A DNA stretch of 63,898 nt, filler included, from Salisapilia sapeloensis CBS 127946 (taxonomy: Eukaryota > Protista > Oomycota): assembly GCA_023334545.1 (NCBI GenBank). It is 15 parts of 15 records of this genome, joined end to end, with 100 filler letters (N's around TTAATTAATTAA, not from the genome) between each part and the next. Parts side by side here need not be neighbours in the genome. Positions count along the whole stretch, not along the records: positions 7,141 to 33,576 come from JAADVB010000242.1; positions 33,677 to 37,710 come from JAADVB010000696.1; 13 more parts are not named here. One strand, written 5' to 3'. Both the position numbers and the translations under genes were made by a program. The notes under the pieces were generated by a model that saw only the letters and a list, made by a program, of their open reading frames with translations, was not told the DNA's origin and did no database searches. Each line of letters opens with the position of its first letter. The first letter of the stretch is position 1. Positions 21,808-34,349 of this stretch are shown here, one piece after another.

Positions 21808-22827
21808 ATGCAGATCTCGATCAAGAAAGTAGGCAAGAAAGCCAGCAAGGACTATGGCTCGTTGGAATTAAACAGCTCCAATACGGTCAATGACCTCAAA
21901 ATTGCGTTTGAAAAAGCGCATGGACTCTCGCGTTATCGTCAAATGTTTAAACTCCCGGCGTCCGATGGATCCCTCACCGTACGCTCTCTATCGTCTTATG
22001 CAGTCTACTCTACTAACTTAGTACCTCCTAGTCTTTGACTGATGAGGCCAAGACACTGTCCGACGTTGGCATTAACAAGGACACGGAGCTACAGCTTAAG
22101 GACTTGGGTCCTCAGATCGGATATCGAACCGTCTTTATCATCGAGTACCTTGGTCCGATGCTCTTCGTTCTCTTCTACGCCTCGCGCCCAGCCTTCATCT
22201 ACGGTCCCAATGCTGCCAAGCAGCCATTCGACCCCACTGCCTGGCTCGGCATCCTCTGCTGGACGGCCCACTTCCTCAAACGAGAGTTCGAAACGATCTT
22301 CGTCCATCGCTTCAGTCGTCCGACCATGCCTCTTTTCAATCTCTTTAAGAACAGCATCTACTACTGGAGCTTTGGTGCCGTTATTGGCTACCCTCTCTGT
22401 CATCCGAACTACACGCCACCAGCTTCGGACTTGCAAATCCAGATCGGACTTGCCATCTTTACGGTACATTTTCCTTCCCTCCTTCCCTCTTCTTTCCTAT
22501 CTAATAAATATGTAGGTCTCTGAATTCCTGAACTTGTGTGTGCACGTTCAATTGCGAACGATGCGTCCAGCTGAAGGCTCCAAGGTCCGTCCGATGCCGA
22601 GCGGACCTCTGTTTGCCCTCGTCTCTTGTCCAAACTACCTCTTCGAAGTCCTTTCGTGGGTCGGTTTCTCCATCATGACGCAGATCTTCTTCAACTACGT
22701 CTTTACGGTCGTCGGATTCGCGCAAATGGCTGAGTGGGCTGTGAAGAAACACAAGGGATACCTTCGCACGTACGGCGACGACTACAAGAAACTACGTCGC
22801 AAGGCCATCGTCCCATTTGCTCTCTAA
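21808..22827 (+). CDS. TECR: Very-long-chain enoyl-CoA reductase
   Basis: N-terminal Ubl-like domain, KDLGPQIGYRTVF, KREFETIFVHRFS, SCPNYLFE; introns 21979-22031 and 22464-22515. Confidence 0.95.
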
Positions 22828-22898
22828 CTCTTTCGAGTAAAAGACATAAAAAGAGTTTTTTCGCAAAGCAAAGTAATGTCTTCTATCCTTTTGTTACT

Positions 22899-25800
22899 CT
22901 AGTATCGAGCGCAGACACGTCTTGATAGCGACACTAACATCCGGATGACTTGACCGGACCGTGATGCGATAGGAAGTACGTGTAGTGGTCGTTTCGATCC
23001 GAGCTAAACACCCGACAGATTTCTTCTCGCCGTCCGTTGTCGTCGCTCCCGTGCAAAATGTTGCAGCCAGCGATAGCGATGTATCGTCCTTATCCAGTCC
23101 CTACAAGCATTTGGATGAATAGGAGCATTATGAAGCTTATATGGATCGTATCTACCTCTACTAGTGCGAACTTGAGCGTTTGTGTTAGTTGTTCCCGAGT
23201 CTGCTTCATGTCAATCTCTCGTGTCGATGCAATCACATCCTGCTGCTCTCTATCAGGAGGATTGGCTAGCTGTTTCCAGCACTTCATAAAGTCTTCACGA
23301 CTAAAGACAAAAGGCTCGAGAAAGGAAGTAGCATGGCATGGTAGCTCCACAATATGCTGGAAGGCACTTGGGTTTGACTGGAATGGATCAGTGCTACTCG
23401 TCATGAAAGAAACCTTGATCTTCGGTGGTTGGACAAAAGGTCCCATGACCTCTACATTCACTTGCTGCCGGATCTGCTGTCGAGCTTTGATCTTCAATGG
23501 GATGTCTTCTGACTGCATTCTGAATGCTCTCATGTTCTCGATTTCAATTGTAAAGTTGATCAAGTCATTCGTCTCGGACTTGTTTCCATAAAAGAGTTGA
23601 AGAAGTCCTTGTGAACGGAGGTACTGGTGCTTCACACCAATTTGCAATAGATCTGTTTCGAGTAGCTTGCCTTGTGGGCTAAGCATGAGGTTCCGTCTCC
23701 ATTCTGGATTGATTGATGTTAGTGCATTTTCCATTCCTTTTAGTGTCGAGCGAAATGGAGCTGGTGGTGGTCCATCGATGCTGTTGAGATCATCCATGAG
23801 TGTTGCCACAGGACTTGCTGCACGCACTGTGTTACTATTGTTCGGATAACTCTGGTCTACACTAGGTGCGACAACCTTTGGCCCTGTCGGAACGTCATAT
23901 CCAAACGATAACAAATCCTCTTCGACCTTTGCATCTTTTGAAAACTCTGGTTTATCCACTTGGTTCGCACCTTTCTCTGATATTGTCGAAAAGGAATGAG
24001 AAACACTTGGACGACGTGAATGCTCCAATCGTGCGATTAGTAGAGACTCGCGATCCTCTGGGAATTGTGGCATTGGTTCTAATACCGATTGCAAAAGCTC
24101 TTGGTTTCCATACTTTTCGAGTGCCAAGTACTCACAAGCTCGTTGTTGAATCTCGAGCTCTACACTCGACGCACATTTTGCAAACACTTCCTCGACACGG
24201 GGGCGAATTTCTTCAAACAAATTGGCCATTTTGATCATTGCTGTAAGTAGTAAACCTTTCGTCGGTTGAGAAACGTACGTATAGTGTCGATGAAGAATTT
24301 CAAATTGTCGCTGGATACCACTATCAGGCTCCTCGGCGATGAGATATCCGAACTCGCCTAGCACATATCCACCAAACTTGGCACTGGTTTCATCCACAGT
24401 CTTGGGTTCGAGGGCTCGAAAGACACGAGAAGCAGCATATTTCTGTAACTCTTCTTTGTTCGTGACCAATTGAACAACACGGTGCCAAACCGAGTCTGGT
24501 ACTTGATGCCCGGCGACCGTGATAAGATCTGAGACTGTGTCAACATACCACTCGAGATTGTCCGCATATTTCTCTGCTAAGATGGCTGTCTTCAATACAA
24601 TCTCTTCTCGAATTTCTTTTCCATCCGCAATGGTAAGATAATTCACTAGCTCACCAACGACCTCGAGTGCATTATTCCGATCACACATTGTGAAAATAAG
24701 ATCCAAAGCTCGACGACGAACCGAGTTATCAGCATCCTTTAATGAAAACAATACCGTACCCTTATGCTGCTTAATCATTTTGCTCGCACCACCTTCTAGT
24801 CTCACTAAGTGATACAATGAATTTAAACCGACGTAGCGAATGTTTGGCTGCGAGAGCGCAATGAAGTGCCCAAGTAGCTCCACTGCAGAATCCTTTAATT
24901 TGGATTCTACTTTAGATCCGAACGAAATGATAAGATTCACAGCTTCGATTAGGATCGCGTATGCAGCATTGTGCTTTGCTCCTTTGCCAGGCAAGATGCA
25001 ATTGACCATACGATTTAGTACATCCTCTAGTCGGTGAGCACTATAGGCATCTTCTGGGTATCCGAATTTTTGTAGCAAGCGAAGTAGCTTCACCTGAAGC
25101 CAAGGGCATGCGTTCCCAAAATACAAGTATTCACGTGGACATTGTCTATTCGCTTGCAGCGTCGAAAGCGTGCCGACGCATGATTCGATCAAGTTGCGAA
25201 ACCTTGTCGGATGTATTTGCACCGCTGTTTGTAGTAGGCTTACGGCAGAGTTGACGACGCCCAAGTGCGATTCAGTGATGAGCGAACCAAGTCGATCCTC
25301 CAGGTCTTCGACAGGTATTATGTCCGGATTGGCGGGAAGCAACCGATTGACACATAATGCGGCTTTCTTTCTTACTTGAGAGATACTTGATGAGCTCATC
25401 AGCAAATTGGCTACTTCGGGCGCTAGCGCATCCGCAAACTCATTGCCTAGTACGAATCTATTAGATCAAATTTGTACAAGGAATAATCGAGCGACCATGT
25501 ACCAGCAAGGTTTGCAACGCATGAAAGAGCAAGGCATTGTGTACTCGCTTCTGGTGAACGAAGATCATTTCTTACGGAATTCACGACTAAAGTCATAAGC
25601 TCATCCGTACTCTTCAGCATAATGGAGCAGCCCAAGTATCCCAAACACTTCTCCGAGTACTTTGACCCAGATAAAAGGCTGATAAGTTGCATGTGGCCAA
25701 AGTCGACATCGTAGCCGAGCATATAGATGTAAATTAGTTTCCACGCATACTTCTTCTTATCATAACTCGTCAGTACATTCCTTTGCGTAAAACGCTTTCG

Positions 25801-25908
25801 GATTTTAACAAGCTCCTTGTCAACGCGATGTTGTTCTGCCTCTTTCGTCTTACAGGATCTCAAGTCACTTATAAAGTTGTTCAGGCCTTTTGCACTGAAC
25901 ATCGACAT
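22899..25908 (-). CDS. AP2A: AP-2 complex subunit alpha
   Basis: KGLNNFISDLR, YDKKKYAWKL, PWLQVKLL, ELQQRACEY, appendage domain; introns 25447-25502 and 23101-23155 extend the C-terminus to a stop at 22899. Confidence 0.95.
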
Positions 25909-26593
25909 CGTGCCTGACGCTGGTTGCTTCTATCAATCAAGATGACAAGACGCTCAATAGCCAATAGATCGTTTCATCTAGGAGCTCTTAAAGCCAAGAA
26001 ATGAAACGACAAACGATAAAAACAGTGGCGGATCAAAACATTATCTTAGACTACCAGTGCCGGTTTCTAAGGGCATCGATAGCTTGAGTTTGCTGCTTTA
26101 GTACAACTTGTATAATGGCAAAGGCATGAGTTAATAGAGCCCATGTAGACATGCACGAAACAAGCTTTGGTAGCAATATCGTTAAGCATTTATATGACAA
26201 AAATAGCGATATTGACTGACTAGTTGCTACCTGTGCATTCTCTTCTCTTTGCCCAAGCAACTTTCATGAAAGGCTATTCTACCGTATGGCTTTTCATGCG
26301 CACGTAGTTACATATCCGCATCCATTCGATCTATATTTATCTCCTATACACGCAGAACACCAAAGTTTCCATTGCTACATTCAGCTACTTCATCACTCGT
26401 AACATCATACGCAGATATCATGCAGTATAGAGTACTTAGCTTACATTCTGTATCACAAGAAGATATAGCTTTGAGGTAGATAGTCACTCCCGTGCACAAG
26501 GTAATCAACTTGAAGCATTCCTTTTGTGTTCAACTCATTTTAAATTCAAGTATTATAATTACTACGCTATCTGGTTGTAATTGTAAATTCCAT

Positions 26594-28138
26594 CTACTCG
26601 CTCGAGTAGTATTTCTGTCGGAACCAGTTCTGGATCTCTTCATTCGTCTTCCCCGCCGTATCAGGCACAATAGTGTTAATGTAGAAGAAGGAGAGTGCAC
26701 TGATAACCGCGAATGGTAGGAACGTATAGTCTCCAAGGGCACTCGACAGGTACGGGAAGGTGAAACCAACCGTAAAGTTGGCAATAAAGTTAACGCCCAT
26801 CGAAACACCCATGGCATTCGCTCGGACTTCATTCGGGAAGAGTGAAGGCAAGATTGCCCACATCGCGACACCCATTCCCATATCAAACGTCGCTGCGTAC
26901 AGTCCAGCGAAGAAGACGGTGAGGAAGGAGATGCCAAAGATCGTGGAAATGGTTACGCCGACAGCACTGACCGTCACGCCGACAGTTCCGAACAGCATCA
27001 TACGTCGGTTGCCAAACTTGCCAAAGAACGGAATCGCAGACACCGGCGCGATGAGGTTGACCACGTTGATGATGTTGACTCCGATACGATCGTCTTTGAT
27101 ACCTGCTTGGCTGAAGATCGAGGACGAGTAGTAGAAGATGGTGTTGATGCCGGAAAAGTGGAAGAGGAAGATGAAGCCGAGTGCTGTCAATAGCTGAGCA
27201 CGCACACCAGGCGACGATAGTGTCATCTTCTTTTCCATCGTCACTGGCTTCATCAAGTCGGCCGAGTATTCGTAGTTGTTGTTGTCCGAACTCTGGGTGT
27301 TGTCATCCTCCGTTTCAGCAGTCTCCAGCCATTCCAATGCCGTGAAGACATTCTCTTCACCAAACAACCTCGCTAGCTCGTCATTAGCTTCGCTTCGACG
27401 TCCTTTGACGAGGAGCCAAGCAGGGCTTTCGACCATCCAGAACGGGGCTAGGAGGAGGAAGATGACAGAGGTCATGGCAGGCACGAGGGCCAACATGCGC
27501 CAGCCGAGATTCGTGTTCGTGTAGAAGAACGAGGTAGATGTGAATAGAATACCCACAGAGAGCGTGCACTGGTAACCCATGCCCAATTTGTTCCTCAAGT
27601 GTGGGGGAGCAATCTCGGACACATATCCTGGCTGGACACCGGACGAGATACCAGTGGCAATGCCAGCGAGCAGACGACCAAAAATGAACTGCCAGATACT
27701 GAAGGAGCTCGCCTGGATGCCAGCAGCAATGATCGTGATAAAAATGTTCGTGTAGAACGACTTCTTCGGACCGTGCTTGGCACAGAGTGGACCAACGCCA
27801 AAGCTGCCGAGGATGCAGCCGAAGAGCCAAGCGTTGACTGCAAGTGTCCACTGGAGTTTGGTATGACCTGGGAACATGATGCATGTGCCTTCCACCACTG
27901 GTCTTGCATCACAGTCCTCTTCATCGTTGAAAGTCGATAGATTGAGCTGACCCATGGAGAAACCGTACTGGAACAATACTAGGAACGAGAGTACAGTACT
28001 CGTGTACAAAATCGGCTTTGGTGCAGGATACACGGATGACGCATCGTACTTGGTTGCCTTGAACGGGTCCGGTGATACATTGACAGGTGTCAAGTTCTCA
28101 GTGTAGCCATACTCGAGCGACGGTGACCTGGGTGCCAT
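26594..28138 (-). CDS. MFS sugar porter (GLUT-like)
   Basis: Multiple TMs, GRLLAG, YVSEIAP, MVESPAWL, FSGINTIFYYS, PDTAGKT; start MAPR at 28138. Confidence 0.95.
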   Translation of the reverse strand: MAPRSPSLEYGYTENLTPVNVSPDPFKATKYDASSVYPAPKPILYTSTVLSFLVLFQYGFSMGQLNLSTFNDEEDCDARPVVEGTCIMFPGHTKLQWTLAVNAWLFGCILGSFGVGPLCAKHGPKKSFYTNIFITIIAAGIQASSFSIWQFIFGRLLAGIATGISSGVQPGYVSEIAPPHLRNKLGMGYQCTLSVGILFTSTSFFYTNTNLGWRMLALVPAMTSVIFLLLAPFWMVESPAWLLVKGRRSEANDELARLFGEENVFTALEWLETAETEDDNTQSSDNNNYEYSADLMKPVTMEKKMTLSSPGVRAQLLTALGFIFLFHFSGINTIFYYSSSIFSQAGIKDDRIGVNIINVVNLIAPVSAIPFFGKFGNRRMMLFGTVGVTVSAVGVTISTIFGISFLTVFFAGLYAATFDMGMGVAMWAILPSLFPNEVRANAMGVSMGVNFIANFTVGFTFPYLSSALGDYTFLPFAVISALSFFYINTIVPDTAGKTNEEIQNWFRQKYYSSE

Positions 28139-30759
28139 GGAGAAACTTGGGCTAGGAGGCTTGCGATGTGAAGCGCAAAAGGCAGAGTGGTAATTCGGCT
28201 GATCGGACAAGCAGCGCGAGATCCAGTGGCTCTTGTGCATTGCATGGTATCGAACGTTCAAATCTCTACTTTAGATGATTGTGTAGCGGACAAATCAAGG
28301 TCGCAAGTGTATGAACATGGCGCAAGGTTGGGATATATGCATTCGCCCATGTTTACAATCTCTATGTAAACATATAAAAGTACGCGAGGAGACCCCGACC
28401 AAAATGGTACGCCATCTGATACATACGTATCGCGTATGGATAGTTCTCGCTTTTAAACTGTCTATATGAGGGCATAGACAGACGAAGGGACACGAGCTGA
28501 AGTGTTAACTGAACAGGATGCGCGTCAGCCATCCAAAGGGTGGAATTACGAAAAAGCGCATCATACGAATAATCAATGTAGCCACGAAACGTATCTTAAG
28601 TTCACTTCATCCATGCCAGTGTTTTGGTTTTTCGATGCGAGCATTTTCGCAGTGGGTTGTTCAGATCGGCTCCCTTCGGAGGTGGCTGCTCTCGAATTAC
28701 TGGAAACTGATTCGTTGAATAGAAGAAAGGCGAACGCATTGGATCGCATCCAGGGGCGTGTGCCGTTCTGGTAGCTTCTGTAGGCAGCGTGAGAAATGTA
28801 GAGCTTCCTGTAGGTCTCATGGAATTGAAGCATCTTGAAAAGCGAAATTTAAATGTATAGAAATGATCCAGCGGTATCGAAGCAAGGAGAGTTCAACTTG
28901 CAAAGGTCCGGTACTTACAAATGCTGGCAAAGATCATCGGAGACGCAGACTACGATCGATCTCTACGCCATCCTTTAACTTTCAAACCTGCAGGTGCATC
29001 CATTGACTCTCTTTTAAGGATGGGTCGTTTCACCTTGGCGGTTCATCTGGATGAATAGTCTGTCTTTATCTTAGCCTGCGAAGATACCTTAACGCGAGGG
29101 TGTCTTATCACATTACTACATGGCAAGAAACCATAAGCTAAAGATGTATGAAAAATTGTATACGTGGTGTTGTAGACAATCTAATTAATTTGTTTCAAGC
29201 CATTCATTTGTGCTGATGCTAGGGCTGATCGAATGGACTAAACCCGATACTCTAAGAACCAGCAAAAATTAGAATGTAGGATGGAATGGCGTAGTTGAGA
29301 GCGTACGCGCATTTAAGCTAGCTCTTTCCATTCTGATGGACCTAGGTTCATTCAAAACATACAAATGCATGGGATAGAGAAATAGCGTTTCTCGTTTTCC
29401 CAGATAAAACGGTTTGGTGTTGTACTTCAAGAAGCATCCTATTTGTCGGTGCGGATACCGAAGATGCCTCTTGGTTGGAAAGGATGAGTGCAGTGCAGTT
29501 GTCGCAAGGAAAAGATACACAAGCATGGTTTATCTATGCTATTGCTTCGGCGACATTGCCAGAGAAGAGGGTTGGTTGACGCAAGAGCGAGGTGATCAGA
29601 ACGACAAATAGCAGGTTTTCGTGTTGTGATGGGCACCGCAGTTAGCTGCAAAAGATCGTGGCTAAGAAGGAGCCATCCAACAGAGAGATCGGGCTCAATA
29701 GAAGAGACATGTAGCTGGGTCCTCGATGAGCAAGATAATAGGAAGCGGTAACTTGGGAATGATCTCAATTCTCTCCGATGAGATATTTCATTTATAAGCC
29801 CAATCGACCAGTCGCTGAGATTAGCTGCTGGACAGGTATCGAAAGCATACTTAAAGACTGATGGACACGCTAGACAATCGTCTCGCTTATCAAGATGCTA
29901 GCATCGAAAATGCACAACCACTTCAGATAAAGAAATGTGCTAGCCTAGCTAGATGATTACCATGAACAAGAATGAAAGCTGTGCATCTTGCACATATAGC
30001 TTTCCTCTTCATATACATGTAGGAATCGTCTCTGCGTGCCATTTGACGGTCCTAGAGTAAGCGTAACCGATATGCTAGTGGACATAGTAAGATGTATGAG
30101 TAAAGCGAGCTATATCACCTCCACTCATCTCTATGCCTCCAGAGAAGTGGGGATAATACCCTTTTCGTTTTATCTCTATATGATTGTCTTTCTCGATAAT
30201 GTGCAATGCGTATGCATCAAGATGGAGCTTGTAGCTTTCAGCTTTGAATTTATTAATAGGTTCTGAACAATCCATATAAAAGAACGCAAAGCATAACTCA
30301 TCCGTAAGGCAAAGGTTTTGACACAAGCACCCATTCCGCATCGCCATCGCACTTCCGAAGATACTTTATATCGACATGATGCTTACAGTTGGACAATGAG
30401 CCCCAACAAAACTATTATTTGGACTAAAAGACTTCTCGAACATATATTTGAACGCTCGATCGACCTTGACTTCCATAAAACTTCCAGTGCCAGCTTATCA
30501 CTACTTTGAAGGCTCTGAATAATGAATAAACCAAGTAGCTTGTTGACGTGGCAAATATTAGAATACCATAAGCTTTGTTTCTATCCAGCACACATCTCTC
30601 ATATTGATTTTGGGGAATAACTTTGGGCGTTTCCAATCTTGAGGAGAGTATGCTACCAAGAGCAGAGAACGTGCGCCAATTCGGTACTGCTCGTTAGAAA
30701 GTTTTATATTTATTGTACGATTTGCCATTTATCGAGGAGACGAAGAAGAATAAACGACA

Positions 30760-31762
30760 ATGGCTACTAGTGAAGGATCTGTAACATTTCCTTCGGAGCC
30801 TGGCAGCTCCTATCGCTATCGACTAGCTGCAGAAGATCAGAAGATTGGGATCTGGTTGGAGAATAAGCAGACCAAATATCAGTGGTACAATAAACTAATT
30901 ATCCCATTGCTCTTCTCCAACAGCTTTCTCACTAACGCCACAGGAAATCCAACATGCTAACTCCAAGTGAGCTTGAATCTGAAGGGAGAAATGCTTTGGA
31001 TATTCCGATCGACGAGTATTTCGTGGTATGGTCTTCATAGACTATGTAAATAAGAGCAAGCATCCTTACGCTTTATTGAAATAGTGCTTCACTAAATGCC
31101 TAGAGAAGGCGAATGAGAAATCAGAAGATGGAGGTGTCGACCTTCTAGGGCTTGCTGAAAGCAACCCAAAGCTATTTTTCTGGCTAAACTTCAAGTCGTT
31201 CACTATCGTAAAGAAGCAAGCATTTCGCTTTCCCTTGGACGGCATGGTTCTAAGCGAAGTTGAATTGTTAAAATCGAAGGTGCATGATCTCGAAGATAAC
31301 GAAGAAAAGATGAGATCAGAGACGCGCAGTATAAAACAGGAAGTTGCATGCCTCAAGAATGCACAAACTAGCACGTTCGTTGGCTCCATTGGCATGGCTG
31401 CTTCACGTCAAGGGCCTTTAAAATTGAACACTGTTCAATGTAACAAGACCTTTTTCTCCATCAAGGCGGATGGAAGTATTCAGTTTAAGAAATCGGGAAC
31501 TTATGGGGTTTGCTGTCAAATGGGTTATGAGCTTTCCATTACTCTGAAGAAAGACGGCAAGCATTGGTCTAGGACTACATCCAGAGGAGACATGCCGTTT
31601 ACCGGAGATACTTTCGACAAGTACAAGATTGACGCATTTTTGGCAGGTTCTATACTGTCGGCTACTATCAATGGAAGAACTAATGGAAATACGGTTTCAC
31701 CTGCAATGATTGTAATCTCTATGGTGTCAGAAGTTTACAGCAGTGAAACGTGCTCGCAGTAG
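30760..31762 (+). CDS. Three-exon protein: beta-rich head, coiled coil, C-terminal beta-sandwich
   Basis: Introns 30885-30943 (splits the W codon) and 31026-31084 join GIWLENKQTKYQW-KSNML...YFV-CFTKCLE...LSEVELLKSKVHDLE in frame. Confidence 0.7.
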
Positions 31763-32153
31763 CTAATAAGATCGTCACGCTGAACGAAGTCCAACTGGAA
31801 TAAATGTCATTCTTTTACTTTCAATGCTTTCATGTATAGAGACAATCTCCTAACGACTACACGATGTTCATCTCGACTAGCTTGTCATGATCGAAGCTTA
31901 AGTGATGCATTTCCATGATACGATCAATTCCCTGATCCCTTTGTAGATTCGAGCATTTTCTAATCTTTCACACTACATCAGAACAAGTAAATTTGGTAAA
32001 TAAGCTGCAATAGGCATTGCAATGACCCACATCATCATTGTAGCCACACGCATACTAAGAATTAAGCATTGGAAACTTCATTTTTATCCAACCTCATAGC
32101 GTCTTAAAGCTACTAAAACAGCACACATGACTTGTTCTATATTGTCACGATCG

Positions 32154-32580
32154 CTAGTCGTCCCGAGGTACTCGAGCAAAACTGACTGCCTGCATCTTGT
32201 CCAGCATCTTGAGGTCACGCTCTCCCTTTCGAATCAAATGCTCGATCAGTGTAAAGTTCTTCCGTTCCGTCGTGAATGCCTGTCACAGACTAAAGTCACA
32301 GCAAATTCAACTCGCAATAAGCACTGTTATATACCTCATCACGAAACCTCTCCTTCACATAAGCGTACGTCTCTCCTCTCATCGTTGGAATGTCAGACTT
32401 TGCTTTACCAGCCACTTGCTCATCCTTGTTCTGAGCTGATCGCAATGCTGTCTTATACAATTGCAACACTTGCCGTTGCAATCCAGAGTGCTTCGTCGAC
32501 AACTGTCGTCTCTGTTCACCAACAAACTTCCTAATCATGACGCACAATCGATTCTGTTGTTTCTTGTCCAGTGGTGGCAT
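32154..32580 (-). CDS. SDHAF1: LYR-motif SDH assembly factor 1-like
   Basis: HSGLQRQVLQLYKTALR...ERFR; intron 32280-32334 gives ...FTLIEHLIRKGERDL. Confidence 0.8.
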
Positions 32581-33411
32581 TATATGTTATCTTTTTATTT
32601 TGTTTAATTGTTGAAGTTATGAAGGCTATCGTCTTTAAAGTTGCTACGGAAGCTTCCTAGTACTTGTATATTAGAATAGATGATATGTATGTCTAAAGCT
32701 AAAGTGATATACCAAGTAATTTTGTCTAAGAAGAGCTCTTCGTCTTCGCTTTTCTTGAAGTTACGTTCTTTGAATGTTCGTAGCTTTGGCAGTTCAATGG
32801 ACATTCCGATCTCCAAAAGGTTCCTTCCGTATTGTATGAGTTGTTTACCATGTTTAAACCTGTTTTACTTTGATTAGGTAAATACAATGCTACAAGCTGT
32901 CATTCTGCGGATGCCTCAGTGAACACGGAAGAGCGAGTTTCCACCCGGGTTTGGAATTCCCCGTCCATTTTCCCATCAATATCCATATATCATAGCCATA
33001 ATGGAACGAGCTAAGACAGCAGGGTACTGTTTGACGGGAATCTGTCAGTGCGTCTAAAAATTAATCTAGCAGCATATCTAAAAGTAAGCAAGAACAGAAG
33101 AATGTTTACATGCATACACCACGTTTTGAGATATCATTTAGTCCGTGAACAGCACAGGATCCATTGTACGTGTAAGCTAAACTTAGTTGCACATTAAGAC
33201 CATGTTCGTTCAGCAGATAATCGGATATATATGCAAGGAACATGAGGCAATATGAAGACATAGATGAATCGAAACAAAAATTAATGCCTGAGATTTTGGT
33301 GGTTTGTCCAACTCGTACGTCCCCATCCACGTACATCGTCCGTTCCTCTTTCTTGCCTTGGCGGGAATCGTGTCGAGCGTATCATCGGAAATCATTCTGT
33401 TTGAAGTTGCA

Positions 33412-33560
33412 TTCGATTTACTTGCAGCATTGAGCTCTTCGCCATTTCATTGGGACGGAGTACAGTGCGAGTCGCATATATCGCTTATTATTTCGTCTAC
33501 TACTGTGCTATTCTTGTTCCGAAATAATAGCGAAGAGCTCAATACCGCAAGTAAAGCGAA
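33412..33560. repeat. 31-bp imperfect inverted repeat with 87-nt spacer
   Basis: 33412-33442 is the reverse complement of 33530-33560 at 28/31; a further GCGAAGAGCTCA copy at 33556-33567. Confidence 0.75.
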
Positions 33561-33676
33561 GAGCTCACCTAGTCGANNNNNNNNNNNNNNNNNNNNNNNN
33601 NNNNNNNNNNNNNNNNNNNNTTAATTAATTAANNNNNNNNNNNNNNNNNNNNNNNNNNNNNNNNNNNNNNNNNNNN

Positions 33677-33817
33677 AGTTGAAGGCCCCATATCTCGATG
33701 AATCACAAAAGATACCAAGACGCTGACAGCAAGACGAGGACGAGCTCTAGCCCAAACTCCTTTCTGTCGAAGCAATCGATGGCGCGTTTGAACTTTCAAA
33801 AGGGATGAGCGACCTTC
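33677..33817. repeat. Left 141-nt arm of inverted repeat (mate 37570-37710)
   Basis: Exact reverse-complement identity for 141 nt, then one mismatch and 7 more matches. Confidence 0.95.
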
Positions 33818-33954
33818 AAGCAACCGTAGACACTCTAATTTAGTCACATACAAATATCAAGATAGAGACTGACTGGCTGGTTAATGCAACAATCTTACAA
33901 CCTGCGCGTCTTGTCCACCATCAATACGAAAAAGACGCTTTGCGACAACAAGAG

Positions 33955-34271
33955 ATGGGCGGAGGCAACGGTCAAAAGTCGGCGACGAAGCGTGAGCGGA
34001 ACAACGCGAAGAAGGCCAAGGAGCTCAAGCAGAAGAACCATGCCGCCAACAAGGGCAAGATGGGTGCTGACAAGGAAGGCATCAAGTGCTCCGTCTGCAT
34101 GACGACGTTCATGATCACTGCGAATGTACCCTACCTCCTCTCATCATCTTATTATACACAACTAATGGATAAATGCAATAGGAATCTGCCCTCAAAGACC
34201 ACTTTGAGAGCAAACACGCTGGCAAAGGGTTCACACTGGAAAAGTGTTTCCCTCATCTTGCCCAAGCCTAA
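33955..34271 (+). CDS. ZNF706/4F5-like small zinc-finger protein
   Basis: MGGGNGQKSATKRERN...KCSVCM; intron 34126-34181 supplies DHFESKH...CFP. Confidence 0.85.
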
Positions 34272-34349
34272 CGATACACAGACACAAACTCAAGTTTCTC
34301 TTCTCAATACATCCATTGCGTGTATCTAAAATCCAAATCGTGTTTTCTT

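Noticed and set aside
28300-30060. Short ORFs in the MFS-to-30760 intergenic stretch
   Set aside because: No recognisable motif or consistent splice model; treated as intergenic or unrecognisably decayed DNA
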